A stretch of DNA of 62,760 nucleotides, the filler included, from Sphacelaria rigidula (taxonomy: Eukaryota): assembly GCA_964200075.2 (NCBI GenBank). It is 10 parts of 10 records of this genome, joined end to end, with 100 filler letters (N's around TTAATTAATTAA, not from the genome) between each part and the next. Parts side by side here need not be neighbours in the genome. Positions count along the whole stretch, not along the records: positions 12,575 to 18,760 come from CAXNAA020021650.1; positions 18,861 to 25,046 come from CAXNAA020021651.1; positions 25,147 to 31,332 come from CAXNAA020021652.1; 7 more parts are not named here. One strand, given 5' to 3'. The notes under the pieces were generated by a model that was not told the origin of the DNA, searched no databases, and saw only the letters and a program-made list of their open reading frames with translations. This document shows positions 12,740 through 26,530 of this stretch, in pieces (the stretch's first letter is position 1; every line of letters starts with the position of its first letter). A program made the position numbers and the translations under genes.

Positions 12740-12841
12740 TCCTAAGACCGCGGTGCGGTTAGTCCATCTGGATCACGCATAGTTTTTTCAAGTAAATATT
12801 GATGCCGATTCAGCATGTGACCTACCCTCGCGGTCTAAGGG
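12740..12841. mobile_element. ~100-bp piggyBac-like MITE; copies at 40783-40884, 47469-~47570, partial at ~39597-39670
   Basis: TTAA-flanked CC(C)TAAGACCGCG...CGCGGTCTAAGGG termini; shared core GATGCCGATTCAGCA.GTGACCTACCCTCG. Confidence 0.75.
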
Positions 12842-15510
12842 TTGACGATCCGGATGGGTCATCTGTTCAACGGGGATCATCTTTATAGTCTGATAATTGA
12901 AAAAATTTAATGAGCAGAAGAAACCACCCTTGTGGTAGGACGGGCTTTGGCTACCAGGGTGGGTAATCTCCTGAATCAGCATATACATATATATATATAT
13001 ATATATATATTCACTTGAAAAATGACTCTTGGGACCCAGATGATCCACCCTGGCGATGAAATGGTTAAGCTTTTGACAGCTTAGGGTGGGTCATCTGGTG
13101 AATGGGTGAGTTCAAGACACAGATGACCCTTCCTGGCGGTCAGAGGATTGACCTGTCGACCACGAAGCGTTTGAGATCTTTCCTACAGGAGAAGCCACAT
13201 TCCAGACCTCGATAGCCCTCACCGTGGTTCTTACTCGAATACTCATGAATGGTGCTGGTTTTGGCTGCGATCCGCCAGGACATCAAGTTGAAATGGCTGT
13301 TGAGAAATCTTCTAGTACAAATGGCGCCGAAACTGCAAACTTTGGAGCGAAAAAGTAGACAGCTCTGTTTACACGCATAGTTGATCCTCGTCCTTGCTCA
13401 TGCGTACACCCAAGGGGCAAGACACTCGCGAACATGCTCGGTAGAATTCAAGAAACTCTCAGTACTACTTTGTCTAAAGTAGTTTAGAGTTATCCCGTTT
13501 CGAGGCCCTAGAGGAAGTGCAGCGGGAGATGGCGCTATCATCCACGTCAGCGACGGCAAACGTGCTTCAACATTTTGAAGTGACGATATGGAACCGAGTG
13601 CATTACATGTAGATCAAAGCATCTCGCAGTGTGGTGTATTCAGGCTGTCAATGTGTACACGTTACTACAGTTGTTTGTATACGATGCCTCATACCCTGGA
13701 ATGCCAGGTATAGAGTTGCATATCGGGACTTGTTCGCTCGTGCTGAAATTCACGATAAGAGTTTTCCAATTTTCGATTTCAAGCAAGGGTTGGAACCTTC
13801 CTCGAGCTCGGAGAGTCAACAGCAATTTTTCTTCGGTTCGAAGCAGCGGGCCGATCACAACGCCCTGCTTGTAATTTATTTCGATGCTCGTTTTTTTTTT
13901 TTGTCAAGGCATGTAAGTGACAAATAATGCTGAATCAAAAACGAAAAAACTTGACAAATGGGATGTTGTTATGATTGCCCCGCTCCCCTAAAAACCAAGC
14001 CGATTCCGATTTTCCGATCCCTACTTGTAGGCAGAACCTAACTTGCCTGAATTCGAGCAGATGAGCGCTCTTTCAACAGCTCGCATGGTTATTAGGCAGC
14101 GCCAGAACATTTGGAAATGTAAAGGTGTACCGAGCATTTCAGGGCTGTGACCAATTTTTACGCTTCATTTTAGCTCCGTGGCCTACCAATAACTGACAAG
14201 TCTGGTCGAGGGTGGTCGTTAGCGAATATTGGCTGATATCACGGTCAATCACCAGGGATATGTTGGACGTGACCACGGGGGCATCAGGATTGTTTTTGAA
14301 AGGAAGGTAACTCATGAAAGTTCATACATCCGAAAAAAACGAGGGGGGTGAGGAGCACGCCTGTAGATTCGTGTGGGTTGCGTCAGTTCCTTGAATAATG
14401 TTTGGTACAGCAATACTTCATGTTGGTGTGGAGTGGAGTGAGTTCTTGGTTTAGTTCAGGGGAAGCGGATCGAGAGGTGATCGGACGATACTTGATAGGG
14501 CTGTATCCTGATCGTTGTAAATGCCAAAGCTGTAAATAGCAAGATAAAATTGATAGATTGATTCGTATGCTGGATAGAGAGACGCTGTTCGTGTGCGTAT
14601 ATATGATCGTATGCACTCTATGACCAACGGGATTTTCAAAGTTTGTAATCTAAAGTGCACTGAGGGGGTGGCTGATACCCACATCGTCGAAGAGGATAAT
14701 AGTTCACCTGAATGCGCATTCAAGGGCGAAAACAATGAGTAAAAGGTTTTGCGCCCAAGGCCGCATAAGCCGCCTTGAGAGGCGATCATTTTCTTCGCGA
14801 GCGACCACGGCTCAGATGGGTGGACGTGCCCCGACCAACTCCGTTATCTTCCGGGATGTTTTTCATCGCAGACATACATGTTACCTTTGAAGGCGTAACT
14901 TCAACATATGCTCCCATGTGACCCCCACAGCCAAAGCGACTCACAGTGGCGATGTGCTAAATAAATTCAATGCGTGTCTCTTTCTCCATCGAGACTAGAA
15001 ACGAGTTCGCGAGGGAAGGATTTTCACACAACCAATCCTGGTGCCCTCTTGGTTTGACCCTCAGTGTCTATACATGTGTGTAAACATGTTGCAGATCACG
15101 ATACTGGGAGGACTGAGTAGAGGCCGGTGTTCTGGCCTTGGCGTTCCATACTACAGAGAAATGATCCATCACAAAGTCTTGCTGGACTACTCGTAGCGAG
15201 TTAGGGTGCTCTTGACCATAGGTTGACTACGGGCAAGATGCAATGGCATCGCCGGGGTGGCACACCTTCCCTCGCTCATTTCTTCATCCATCGTCGCTTC
15301 TTTTTGATCATTCTAGATTGGTCGGTATGCTATTTATTCACGCATGTGATGGGTCCACCCTTCTCTGACAAACAGGAACAAACTACTACTGTCTCGCCTT
15401 TCTCCGACGGTTGTTTGCGCGCTGTTGACTACAGGGTTTGGCTCATTTAATGTTGCTCACCTTTGCTACTTTCGCTTTTCCCGAAGTTGAACTGTCACGT
15501 TGCGACACAG

Positions 15511-15659
15511 TGCCATCGTGGGCTCACCGGCAAGCGCGGATGTGTTTGTGGCTCCCTTACACCGATGTTAGTCGAGCGTTTATTGATTTGAGAGCTGAAA
15601 GTAGAAAAACCAAAGTAAGAAGTGCCAGAGAGCCCCCCCCCCCGGGGGATCATGACAAG
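15511..15659 (+). CDS. Candidate internal exon of an unknown gene
   Basis: CACAG acceptor, open frame (V)PSWAHRQARMCLWLPYTDVSRAFIDLRAESRKTKVRSAREPPPPGDHDK, AAG|GT donor. Confidence 0.35.
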
Positions 15660-15871
15660 GTCCGGAGCTGGCGTGTTCAATAATACAGTTCTGCCGCATA
15701 CAAGCCGTCGAACCCGACCAGTCCCGTGCACACTATCTGTGCTATGAGTGTGCTTCGTTCTATATTAGGCGAGCACCGACAGACACGTGCGGACAGTCAC
15801 GTGCAAGTGCTTCGGCTCCATACGTTTGCTGTTTCGGTGTCGTCTGTGCTGTGTATAGAGTTGCCGGCGAC

Positions 15872-17233
15872 TAGGGTTGTGTATCAACTCATACATCAGG
15901 GCTGATTTCGATTTAAAACTTTATTTGACTTGTATTAACAATCACATCAGCGCGTCGCTAAATAGTTTATTTAAATCAACTAATCATCTTACATCAACCA
16001 AGTCAAAATAACTTGATCAATCTTGAATAGTTGTTTTTTTTCAAGAAAAGAGGCGTTTGCGTCATGTAGCGTTTTTCTTGCCTGCGGCGCAACCATTGAT
16101 CGACGGATATGTTTACTCATCGACTCTACTCCCGAAAATATGCTAGCAACGACGAGCACATGGCAGCACACAGCACACAGCATACCGCACGCCTCGTAGA
16201 AATTACTGCTGGACCTGTCTGGATAATGGACTACTGCTGTTCACATATTCACCTGTGGTATGCTGTAGTGGGGGAGGGTGTCTTCTAGTACTGCTTTCAG
16301 GATGCGGGGAAGGAGAGGAAAATTCGTGTGCATGTCGTGTGGTTGAAGGTTATTTTATCACAACATCGTACACCATGCATAGCATGACGTGTTTTATAGT
16401 GATACTCGCTTCGCATCACTATTTTCTTCTCGTCAGTCACATCCACAACGCGACATCATATGTACGGAGTAATGTATACTGTGAGCTGCTACTATTTAAC
16501 AAGGAGCTTTATCGATACGCGAGTGCAATCTGGGCGCTTCTTTCGGGGTTCTTTGCCAGACAGGTTTGAGACGAACATGTTTCATATTTGAAAGTGCTTC
16601 GAAGTAAAACACAGCGAACGATGCTTTCGTGAGATTGAGAGTGGAGGATACGATTGAGAGTGAAAAGTGGCCAAATAGTGAATGGATCGTTTTAGTTCCG
16701 AAATGCCCCTCCACGAGACCCGACATGCGTTCTGTAGTAGCTTGCCACTGAGGCCCTTGGTTTCTCTGAGTAGGATATCGACGTGTAAGTGTAAGCACAC
16801 GGCAGTGATAGACGCAAAGAAGAGCACACACGGAATATAAAATTGGCGAAGTTCAAGCGAATGATCAAAGCCACTCTCAATCCGCCCTCTCCTTTCAATC
16901 TCACGCAAACAGTGTTGACGGTTGTGCAAGAAAATGGGGTGCTTGAGTACCGATGCAGCAGGTTGAGTTAAAATATTGAACACAAGACTGCTGTGCTGCT
17001 GCTGTGAGCTTGCGTGTGCGTGCTCGTGTGCTCTCCATTGCTACACGACAAAAAACAGCCGATTTTTGGCTTCGATGCTTCTTAAATTCTACTGAAAAAA
17101 TAAACTAATCATGATTAGTTGATTCATTGACGTGTTGTTCATTTAAATCAACTAATCATGATTAAATCAAGCCGATTTGGAAGAAAAAATCAAGTATAAA
17201 GTCAACCCCTGAAAGCGGTTGATATACAACCCT
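15872..17233. mobile_element. Non-autonomous hAT-like TIR element with a nested MITE
   Basis: TAGGGTTGTGTATCAAC ... GTTGATATACAACCCTA termini; subterminal AACTAATCAT repeats; TSD not recognisable. Confidence 0.7.
16617..16916. mobile_element. ~300-bp MITE family; copies at 21262-21563, 18861-19015 (partial); related ends at ~38905, ~41633, ~48038
   Basis: TIR AACAATGTTTTCGTGAGATTGAGAGT / ACTCTCAATCTCACGAAAACATTGTT; shared interior CTGAGTAGGATATCGACGTGTA. Confidence 0.85.
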
Positions 17234-18107
17234 ATTGCAATAAACGCCTCATATCTGGGAACATCGAAGCCACGGCGGGTGCATCTCGCGTAGTCAAGCA
17301 ACAGCTACCGCCTGCATGACCAGGATTTGAACTGCTCGGCTCGACTTGTGTTTTGCTTGCTGTAGGTCGTTGTCGGACTTTACTTTGAAGAGCCTGTTCC
17401 CTGCTGGTGTCGGACACGTCAAATGGTTTATTAAGATGAAAGTCGAATTTTATACTCAATTTTGACCATAGTGTTGAGCTTTGACGAGGTAAGCTCTCAG
17501 GCCGTGCCTTATCGACCAATAAAAACGATTCAAGAAGCCTTATCGTAAATTTCATGGCTTCATGACTGGTTGGGCGATACATCTGTCAACGAAACGGATC
17601 GAGCAACCAAAGATCAATATCAGCAAACTGGCGGAAGCGACACTCCCTCAGGCGCGTGTTCGCACCTCCAAGTGGCACAAACTAGCAGCGCCGCACAGCA
17701 GTTCAGTGACTTCAGTACTCCTAGAGGCACTCATCGTAAGGACAGTAAAGTATAGTGGTGCTGCACTGCACGGTCTTTATTGTATCTTGAGCTCATCGAG
17801 TGTTGTATTACAGTACAATGCAAAAAAAACACGCTACGATTTAGCTCCCCACTATTGATAGCGCAGACTTATACTTTAGACGTTTCTTCACCGCCCCCTC
17901 CCAGAAGGTGTTGATAGCGCCTTCGCTGCTGAATGTGCGCCGATGACAACCTGACATCAAAGTGTTGTCGCGATATCGTACATATAAATACGTTTTGATG
18001 GAAGCGATGTCATATGTTGCTATTCACGAGTCCGGTCTGCATTTTTGCCTGAGAGCTTCACCCCGCTCTGCCGTGTGCCGTGCTTTCCCTCCCCCATATA
18101 ACTCTAG

Positions 18108-18249
18108 CGCAAGGCGGCTCAGGAAGCTGTGGCAATGAGGGAAGTGGATCCTAGGATGGTGGACTCTATGCCGTTGTCGAAGGCTGACACGGCAGGATAC
18201 CGTTTCCTGCGGCTGTGCAACTTTCTCAGTTGGGCAACAACGCTTGCAG
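18108..18249 (+). CDS. Candidate internal exon of an unknown gene
   Basis: Pyrimidine tract plus TAG acceptor, RKAAQEAVAMREVDPRMVDSMPLSKADTAGYRFLRLCNFLSWATTLA, CAG|GTATTG donor; the other two frames are closed. Confidence 0.35.
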
Positions 18250-19678
18250 GTATTGTGCTGCACTGCATTGCACTGTGATATGCGTGCGTGTTGAGATATG
18301 TTGGTTGATCGATTGATTGGTTGATCGGTTGTCGCGAGTTACCTCATCCCTGATGGATCCGGCCGTGGTCATTATCTCACGGTATACGTACCGAAGGCAA
18401 ACAAAACGGACACAGTCGCTCAAGGAATCTCGAAGAAGGGAAAAGATGGAACGAGGGTGGTGGATAAAACACGATGTAGTTGTTTGATGTTTGTCAGTAC
18501 CCTAGGTTGTGTCCACCATCCTCATCGCGTATCCTGGAGGGAGGGGGGGGGTATTGTGATGTTGGACAATGAGCACCAGTGTGCGTTCGCCGACCGCTGA
18601 TTGCGACATGAACTTTGCCCCATGCCTGTAAGTTATTGATCTCAACGAGCAGTTCGTGCCGCCCCTTCCCCCCCTTCCCCCCCCCCCTCTGCTCCGTCTC
18701 GAAAGGGATGCGTGGTCAATGGTCAAACGACGAAGGCAAGCAACAAATGAGTACGCGCCCNNNNNNNNNNNNNNNNNNNNNNNNNNNNNNNNNNNNNNNN
18801 NNNNTTAATTAATTAANNNNNNNNNNNNNNNNNNNNNNNNNNNNNNNNNNNNNNNNNNNNCTCGATACCCCTGAGTAGGATATCAACGTGTAGCTGTAAG
18901 CACATGGCAGTGATGAAACGACAAAAAGCACACATGGAATGAAAAATTGGCCAAGTTGAAGCGAACGATCAAACCACTCTCAATCCGCACCCAACTCTCA
19001 ATCTTACGAAAACCTTCGTACCAGAAGAACACACCATGCATGGGAGAGCTCCGCAACACGCCACACCACAGGACCGTGATAATTATGGTCACTCGACTGT
19101 CGCACAAGCCGCAGATCAAATGCCCGGTTAGTGTATTGGTGGGCACGCCGTCAACAGGTTAGGGGGCGTGTGCGCTGTGGTACCAAATGCGAGAGCCTGG
19201 TGCTGGTTGTTCTGCGGTATCGCAACTTTGTACGCCCCTGCGTGCTATGCATCAAGAGATACAATGAGCAAATGAAAGCACCTTATTGAGATGACGATTC
19301 CCGCTGTAGTCTAACCTAGAAAAGCTTTGCTGTTCGCGTTGTGTGTCGTCTTTTTACAGCCCACCTATTGTGTCTGCCGTTGTCTGGGCACTTACTTCCC
19401 TGTTATGCACTCCCGGCGAGGGAGGGGAGGGTGCGTGTGTGATGATCGGTAGCTGCAGTAGTATTGTTTTACAGAAGCTTTTCCAAAAAATATCCACGGG
19501 CTGAGAATACGTCCAAGGCACGTGATAATGGTTGGGTAGAGTATTGGGAAAGCGCCACGGCCAAGAAACCAAGCAGTCGTGAGTTCGCTGCTGAAGCCGT
19601 TTGTTAGGCCACTCAAATTAAGATACTGTAGCTCAAACGTTCCAAGATAAATGAACTTCCGTCCGATACTGTCCGCAG

Positions 19679-20169
19679 ACTCCTGAAGGCGGGAGGCGTG
19701 TGGATCAACTTTGGGCCACTACTGTACCACTGGGCCCAGGGTGCGCCAGGAGAGACAGACCAACGATTTGCCCGTGAGTACGTGAGGATCGAATGGATGA
19801 CGCGCTGTTTCGAAGTAGAGCGTGGGCAATAATATCCACTCGACTTGCAGACTCGTCCTTGATGCTCCTTGACGAGGGACTGCTCTGCGGGGTATGTGCC
19901 TCACCCAGTTTTGTTAATTTTGCCGATGGCCCTCTGCTTCGAGTCTAAACTCAAACGAGGCATCCGCCACACCACCCTGCCCGTTTGCCGATCGATATTC
20001 AGGATCCGTGGAGCTAACTTGGGAGGAGATCCGGCATGTGTGCGCAAACTACGGGTTAGAGATCGTGCATGAGGAAAAGCGGGAAGCGTTGTATAACGCG
20101 AACCGGTCGAGTTTGATGAAGACGACTTACACTGGAGTTTTGTGTTGTGCAGTAAAAAACACGAAATAA
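19679..20169 (+). CDS. CARNMT1: Carnosine N-methyltransferase-like (N2227 family) SAM methyltransferase, last two exons 19679-19773 and 20003-20169
   Basis: Spliced peptide LLKAGGVWINFGPLLYHWAQGAPGETDQRFAR SVELTWEEIRHVCANYGLEIVHEEKREALYNANRSSLMKTTYTGVLCCAVKNTK* matches the family C-terminus (LKPGGxWINxGPLLYH, SIELSxEEI). CAG acceptors, GTGAGT donor, phases consistent. Absent from the ORF track. Confidence 0.88.
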
Positions 20170-20203
20170 ATGAAAGCCACGTTTGGAATATTATATGCGC
20201 CAG

Positions 20204-20704
20204 TTATGTTGGGCTTCGCTCAATAACGGCCACGCAATCCCCTACTGTTGCCCCCCCGCTCTCGAGCCTCCGCCGCAAAGCCTCAAATGTCATCTCGTTT
20301 TCCTTGAGTAGCCTTCGCGCCTCGTTGTATGCCCATTGCACGCGCTCGGGATCATCCGAAGGATCCAGGTCGCAGTCAGGCTTCCTGTTTAACGGCGGGA
20401 TAACGATTCACCAGCAAGTATGATAAATTGGTTTGACTAGAGTGATGACGCGACCAGTGCAAACATGGGATGGGTTTGGCAAACAGCACGAAGCTATTCA
20501 GTTCAGAGCCTGTGTTCGGGAGTACTGGGCCCTCACCTATTTCGAAGCATCTGCAAAAACGCGTACGCCTGGCGTGGATCGCTCGCGATAATTTGTCGGT
20601 GCGTCAGTCCTTCGCCCGCTACGCCGGCCAGCAGCCACACCAAAATGCGGTGGATCCCGTTGCCGTTCAACATCGAATCCTTGAAGTCAGGATCACTAGC
20701 CATC
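20204..20704 (-). CDS. Peptidase M41-like (FtsH protease-domain-like, VIR3/stress-regulated type) protein, last two exons 20704-20537 and 20384-20204
   Basis: Spliced peptide MASDPDFKDSMLNGNGIHRILVWLLAGVAGEGLTHRQ...FLQMLRNR KPDCDLDPSDDPERVQWAYNEARRLLKENEMTFEALRRRLESGGATVGDCVAVIERSPT*; LAGxAxE and C-terminal VGxCIxxIE motifs; CAG/GTGAGG splice sites in phase. Confidence 0.75.
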
Positions 20705-23700
20705 CTGCCGTGCGAGATGAAAAAGGCGATAAAAGGATTTTGTAATTGTGCTATCAGCCTTGCGACGTGAGGAAGCTTTGATAGCATGTAATGACGTATT
20801 GACGCATTGCTTGCCGTTCAGGTCTGACCTCAACGGTATATTATGTTCGTCGAGCCGCGTTCACACCAAGACAGCACGACTTGTGCATAAGGAATCCTAG
20901 TTTGGTCTTCATTCTTGCAGCTCTTGACTTGAAATATTTTGTACATATTTAATGGCAAGGTTTCCTGCAGCCGCATAGGCAACCTGGGGTTCACCGTGCG
21001 CTTTGATCGGCCATCCAGGCACTTCCTTCGTTTCGAATTATCCCCGAACATCAAATAATGTCGCCTGGTGGCGGTACTCGGTGGTGGCGATTTCGTACAA
21101 AAATCCAGATGCACGAACTTTTATCCGATTGCGCTAAAAAGCGGTGGACGTGCAGCTGACAGCAAGGTAACTCACCTGTTTAGGTTGCGAACTCGTTGCC
21201 GTTCGAAAGTTGTTGCCGAAACAAATTTTGTGGGAAGCATCAACAAAAATATACGGAGTGTAACAATGTTTTCGTGATATTGAGAGTAGAGGATACGATT
21301 GAGAGTGAAGAGCGGTCAATTAATTAATGGATTGTTTCAGTTCCGAAAGCCCCGCTCCACGAGGCCCGATATGCTTTCTGTAGTAGCTTGCCTCTGAGGC
21401 CCTTGATATACCCCTGAGTAGGATATCGACGTGTAGTCGTAAGCACAGATGAGTGATGCAGGCAAAGAAAAGCACACACGGAATGAAAAGATAGCTTAGT
21501 TAAAGTGAATTACCAAAGCCACTCTCGATCAGCGCTCTACTCTCAGTCTCACGAAAACGTTGTCGTATGTGAAATACGCAAAATATTGGGGATACACGTA
21601 TCTTGGATTTTTCGTCTAGGAGGTTTGAGAGTGAGGACCTCAGATTTTGAGGAGACATGAAGTCGATACTTCATTTTTTTTTGTCGGGATTTCAGTCAAG
21701 TAAGTGGGCGTAAATCTGACTGTGAAACACGAGAGAACTAGCTATCTCGAGGCAAGGATGGCCTTGGAAATACTCATGTACATTTTCCCACAAATTACAG
21801 GTCCTGACTCTCAAAACCTCGAGCAAGGAATCCACGGTCGCGCATTTTGGTCTGCAAGTAGTGGAACCAGCCTGTATTTTGAGCTATGGCTGGGTACAAC
21901 GCAAGAACACCGACCGGTGAGACACGGATACCGCGGATTGGGCAAACGTCGCTGCCTCCCGATGGAAATGCATGTAGATCCAGCGGACAGGGAAAAATAG
22001 CACGGGATATATGTGCAAATTTTTCCTGACGGCAAGCAACCGCCACACACCGACACAAAGCGAAAACATCGTCCTCATCTTGTACACCGCTCAATCACTC
22101 TCACCAACGGTGTTGTGAAGACGTCACCGAAATTTGAACAAGAATTGAAGGGGGAAAGTATGCCGTGTAAGAGACGTGAAAGACAGCTATAAACGCAGTC
22201 AAAAGCTGTACGAGCTGGGCCAGCAGTAAATCCCGCATTTGTATGTCACATCATAACTCATCAAGTTTTCCAAATCAGCCCGACTTGAGTATGTCTGTGT
22301 GACCTGCAGACCAACGTGGTAACGCACGGGACCGCCGCTGAATGAAAAAAAAGTACTGCATAATGTATGACCTGACCGACGGAACAAGAAAAAAGGAATC
22401 CGTCGGGATTCGAACTCGTGTCCTCCATAATAACTGGAGTCAACTGCACATCACTCGGGTTAAAGAAGCGCAGCCGTGCCACTCGAAAAGTTTTTTGTCG
22501 AAATTGCACCAGGACCTCCTCCACACAACGGCGCGCAACTACACTAGGGATGCCCCCGTATTTCTTTATTTTCGCGGAGTTCTACTGCAGCATTTCTCTA
22601 GTTTTTGGATAAACTTCAAATCGCTCTAACTTTCTAAAGTTTTTCATATTTTGGCATCCCCGAGAGGGTTGTGCGTAGTGATGATGAAAATCTGGTGCCA
22701 AAAACATTCAGCGCCCAACGCTTCGGATTACCCACCGCCCGGCCCGGATACATTCGCAAATCAGTCAGCTGGCCCAGCTCGTAAAATGAAACAAAGAACC
22801 GCGCACTCGTGCTACGGACGTGCATACAAACGGTAATGTAATATTAATAGTATTGTACAAACATACATATTGAGCAAAGCAACGCAATAAAACCAGTCTT
22901 CATGTGATCGTTTTTGCTTCCACAAGAACATCAAGAACAGCCGCTGTACGGACGTGGCAAAAGATGAACGAAACATCTGCACCCGTATAGAGTATACCGT
23001 ACTTCTGATGCACATTTTGAATGTACGAAGCCAATGTACGGAAGATGGGCTAATGACCACACCAGCATAATCTTTCTTCATCACGGAAAAATTCAAGAGA
23101 TGTGACAGTAAAACCCACACGATGTCCTTATACCTCACCGCAAACTGTAGCACCGATTCGTGCAGCGGAACGTAGACGTAACAAAAAATTGCGGAACGCG
23201 CAAAATCCGCAGGAGCACACTCACAAGACCAAATGGAGGTAACCCCGTGACAATGCAACGTTCTCATATACCGCAGCCCCGAAGCAGGCAACAATATTGG
23301 GACGTAATCTCAATCACATAAACAGAATAACTACCAACGGTAAGGAACACCACAGGAGCACTACATGATGGAAGCGACGGTCTACCGATGAGGTAGCAAA
23401 TGAGGAACGGGGCAAGGGGTGGGTGATGACTCAAGGCCATCTTCGAGTAGAAAAAATCCTGCCGAGAGGACGAGGAACGGGCACAGACGATCCGAGGCGC
23501 CCATAGTAGAACACGTGGTGTGGGCTGGCGTCACTGCCATCACGGCCTAGTTCGGCGGGGAGCAGTGACCTGCGGTAGGATTTGGCATGCAGACGAGGCG
23601 GACAAGGGGTAAATACCGGTACTAGGTGAACTAACGCAGTGTGTACAGGTGGGCATATGAAGCAGCCTTCTGTTGTGTATAATTACTAGGTTTGCAACCG

Positions 23701-24352
23701 GTTAGGCGTGTCTCATCGAGATGAAAAAAAATGAGAATCAGCTATTGATTTCGAGACTGACTGTGATTGATCACGTCATGTATCTTTCTGATTGGTTGAG
23801 GGTTGACGCGATATTCCCAACGCCCTCGACATCATCTTGAAGACAACACTTTTTTTTTTCTTCTGAGAATGGAGAACAATCAGTTGAGAATGCGAAAGGC
23901 AACGTGAAAAGGTTCCTACGCGTGGATTATTCGGCTGATGATGGGGTCTAAGAGCCACACGCCAAAGGTGCCAGTTATCTCTTGGGTGTATGACGCACTG
24001 GTCTGGTTGCGAGTTGTCACATCGTCACGGACTCATCATCATATTATTCTTACCTCCGATGGGAATGGTGGGTGATCTATCGTGATTATGAGCTTGTGAA
24101 CGGCCACAATCACTTTTCCGAACATAATTCCCATTTTGTTTTACTCGCTCAGACCGGACCTTAGACGATACCTCGAGCTCCCCAAATTATGTAAACCCTT
24201 CAAGTGCCGGCAGATAGACACCTGAGTCTGGCAGCCAATTTCCAAGTGAGAATGATGCAGATCCAACGGATGGCCTCATACGGGCAGTCAAATTGTTGGA
24301 AAAAATACACGCACACGTGAACTCACCGCAAAAAGTTGGGTCATGAATAATG

Positions 24353-24587
24353 CTACGATAGCCCCCCCCAAACCAGCCCAATGCTGTCACGAAGAATTTA
24401 GTCGTACAGCGCTTAATGTCTGGTTTCAGGCGGCATGAAGCGCCTCATACGGGTGACATCGGCGGAAACGATCTCAAGCGTTGGAATTCCCAGCCGCTCG
24501 TTGTGCTCGGCTTTTTTCATTTCACTTTGCGTGTAGATTTTGCCTCCCCAAACCAGCCGCTTTGTTCCTGGGGGGGGGCTATCGTAG
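24353..24587. mobile_element. MITE with CTACGATAG-Cn TIRs; related pieces at 38569-38808, ~43824-43904, ~56157-56310
   Basis: CTACGATAGCCCCCCC ... GGGGGGGCTATCGTAG; shared interior AGCGCCTG.TGT..GG.TTCAGGC. Confidence 0.7.
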
Positions 24588-25247
24588 CATTAGTCTCATA
24601 CGATATTGCAAGTTGGCTTCCGAGTACCACTCTATCGGCAGGTCATCTACGTATCGATTTTTTGTTACTTGTGCAGGAGTCATGCTACCTACGATAGGGG
24701 GCGTACTCATTTATTGCTTGCCTTAGTCGTTTGACCATTGACCATGCATCCCTTTCAAGACGGAGCACACGATAGAGTGGAGAAGGGGTGTTTGACTCCA
24801 CGAAAAAAGGGCTCATAGGTATGTCAGACGATCTGGCACACGCGCGGTGCGCTTGTATTTGGGTGGAAACGGATCAACTACAAAAGTATGAGTGACCGTT
24901 TTGGTAACAAGCGCGTTCGAACAGCCGTTGCTGTTTTCCATGACGATCTGAAGTGGAATTTTGTGGAAGAAATGGGGCAGAATCCCCTACCCCCCCCCCC
25001 CCGGACGTGAACATGCAGGAGAAGTATGGGAGGGGAACATGAAGTTNNNNNNNNNNNNNNNNNNNNNNNNNNNNNNNNNNNNNNNNNNNNTTAATTAATT
25101 AANNNNNNNNNNNNNNNNNNNNNNNNNNNNNNNNNNNNNNNNNNNNTCATTGCTACCTTTCCTTGCTCTACCGCTCCGACCACTCAGAGATCGTCACCGC
25201 AGCAACATGCGTCGAAGTTGCAACATCTGTCAAAGCTATAGAGTTTG

Positions 25248-26530
25248 CACACGTGGACAAATAGCACCCTGTCGGACAAACTGCACAGCTTTCTCCACAG
25301 TCTTCGTGAAAACCCCTGTGGAGCATTTTCAAACCCTAGTACCTGTAATAGCATTTTGCATAGCATTTTTGTCGAAACCCTGCAAGCAACCCTGTGGAAA
25401 GGCCTTCCCAATTTGGAAAATTCCAAATTATTTTGGTACAAAATCTGTGAATTTACCTCGGACAGCAGGAGAAGCTATGCAAAACAGATCCTTTTTGCGC
25501 CCAATTTATTTGGGCAAAAAATGGATATGTTTCGAATAGCAGAAGAGGCTGTTTGGAATGGATATTTTTTTCGCCCAATATAAATGGTCGAAATAAGGAT
25601 CTAGTTCGAACAGCTTCTTCTGCTGCGCAAATCCCATGCACACTCTCAGATTTGGAATTTGAACAGCAGAAGAAGCTCGAAATAAATCTTTACTTTGCCC
25701 TCCATTTCATCCGGAGATTGGGGGGAAAACAATGTATTGCGAACAGCGTCAGCTGGGCATATCCCGCATACTGCACCATAATTAGCATGTGGGATCCGAC
25801 AAGCAGAACAAATTGTTGAAAATAACTCATCCTTTTGCCCCCCGATCCATGCACATGGGCTAAAGAATGATTAATTATCACCGCTTTTGCTGAATGGAGA
25901 TCAGACACACTGATTATGATCGAGTGTATGTCCACACGCCTACGAGTTTTGATACTAAGCTTCCGCTTAAGACGTGGATACTGGGATCGTGGTGTATACC
26001 TCGCATATTACTCCACATTGCTGTTGAAAACCCCGTGGTCCGCAGTTTCCCAAAATCACTCAACCGAGTATACTGTTGTTTCGAGAGTTTTTCGTTTGAT
26101 AGTTATTAGAAGCACAAAATAATTTCGCCGTACACAGCAACTTAGGTGGCTCAATAGGCAACCTCACACATTTCCGAGTACATGATCGTGAATTGAATTC
26201 TCACCCTTGCCATTCTTGAGCGTTTTTTTCTGCCAGTACCATGCCCATGCTGTATAGAGTATTTTGTATGCGTGCTATAAAGGCTGCACAGCATATCAAC
26301 AGTGATGAATTCTACACAGAGAGACGAAACCCTGTGAAGCGCCCTGTGTGGCACAAAATAATACCCTACACTCAAATCCCCGCGAGAAACCCTGCACAGG
26401 TTCCCTGAACCCTGTGAAGCGTCCTGTGGGGCGCAAAAAAAAAACTACAGCCAGATCCCCGGGAGAAACACTGCACAGTTTCCCTGAACCCTGTAGACAT
26501 GCCCCACAGGGTGCTATTTGTCCACGTGTG
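25248..26530. mobile_element. Non-autonomous CMC/EnSpm-like element with CACACGTGGAC termini and 2-bp TSD; partial copy at ~39674-39840
   Basis: 25-bp perfect TIR CACACGTGGACAAATAGCACCCTGT; the empty site GAGTTTGATATCC is visible in the inverted host copy at ~26908-26920, giving TSD TG; subterminal AAACCCTGTG repeats. Confidence 0.85.

Noticed and set aside
13150..15400. Possible decayed hAT transposase (CLIPWNARYRVAY)
   Set aside because: Only a weak single-motif resemblance, with many stops.
22395..22485. tRNA gene on the minus strand (GTTCGAATCC B-box)
   Set aside because: No acceptor stem or cloverleaf could be formed; more likely a decayed SINE head. The same applies to ~5260-5330.
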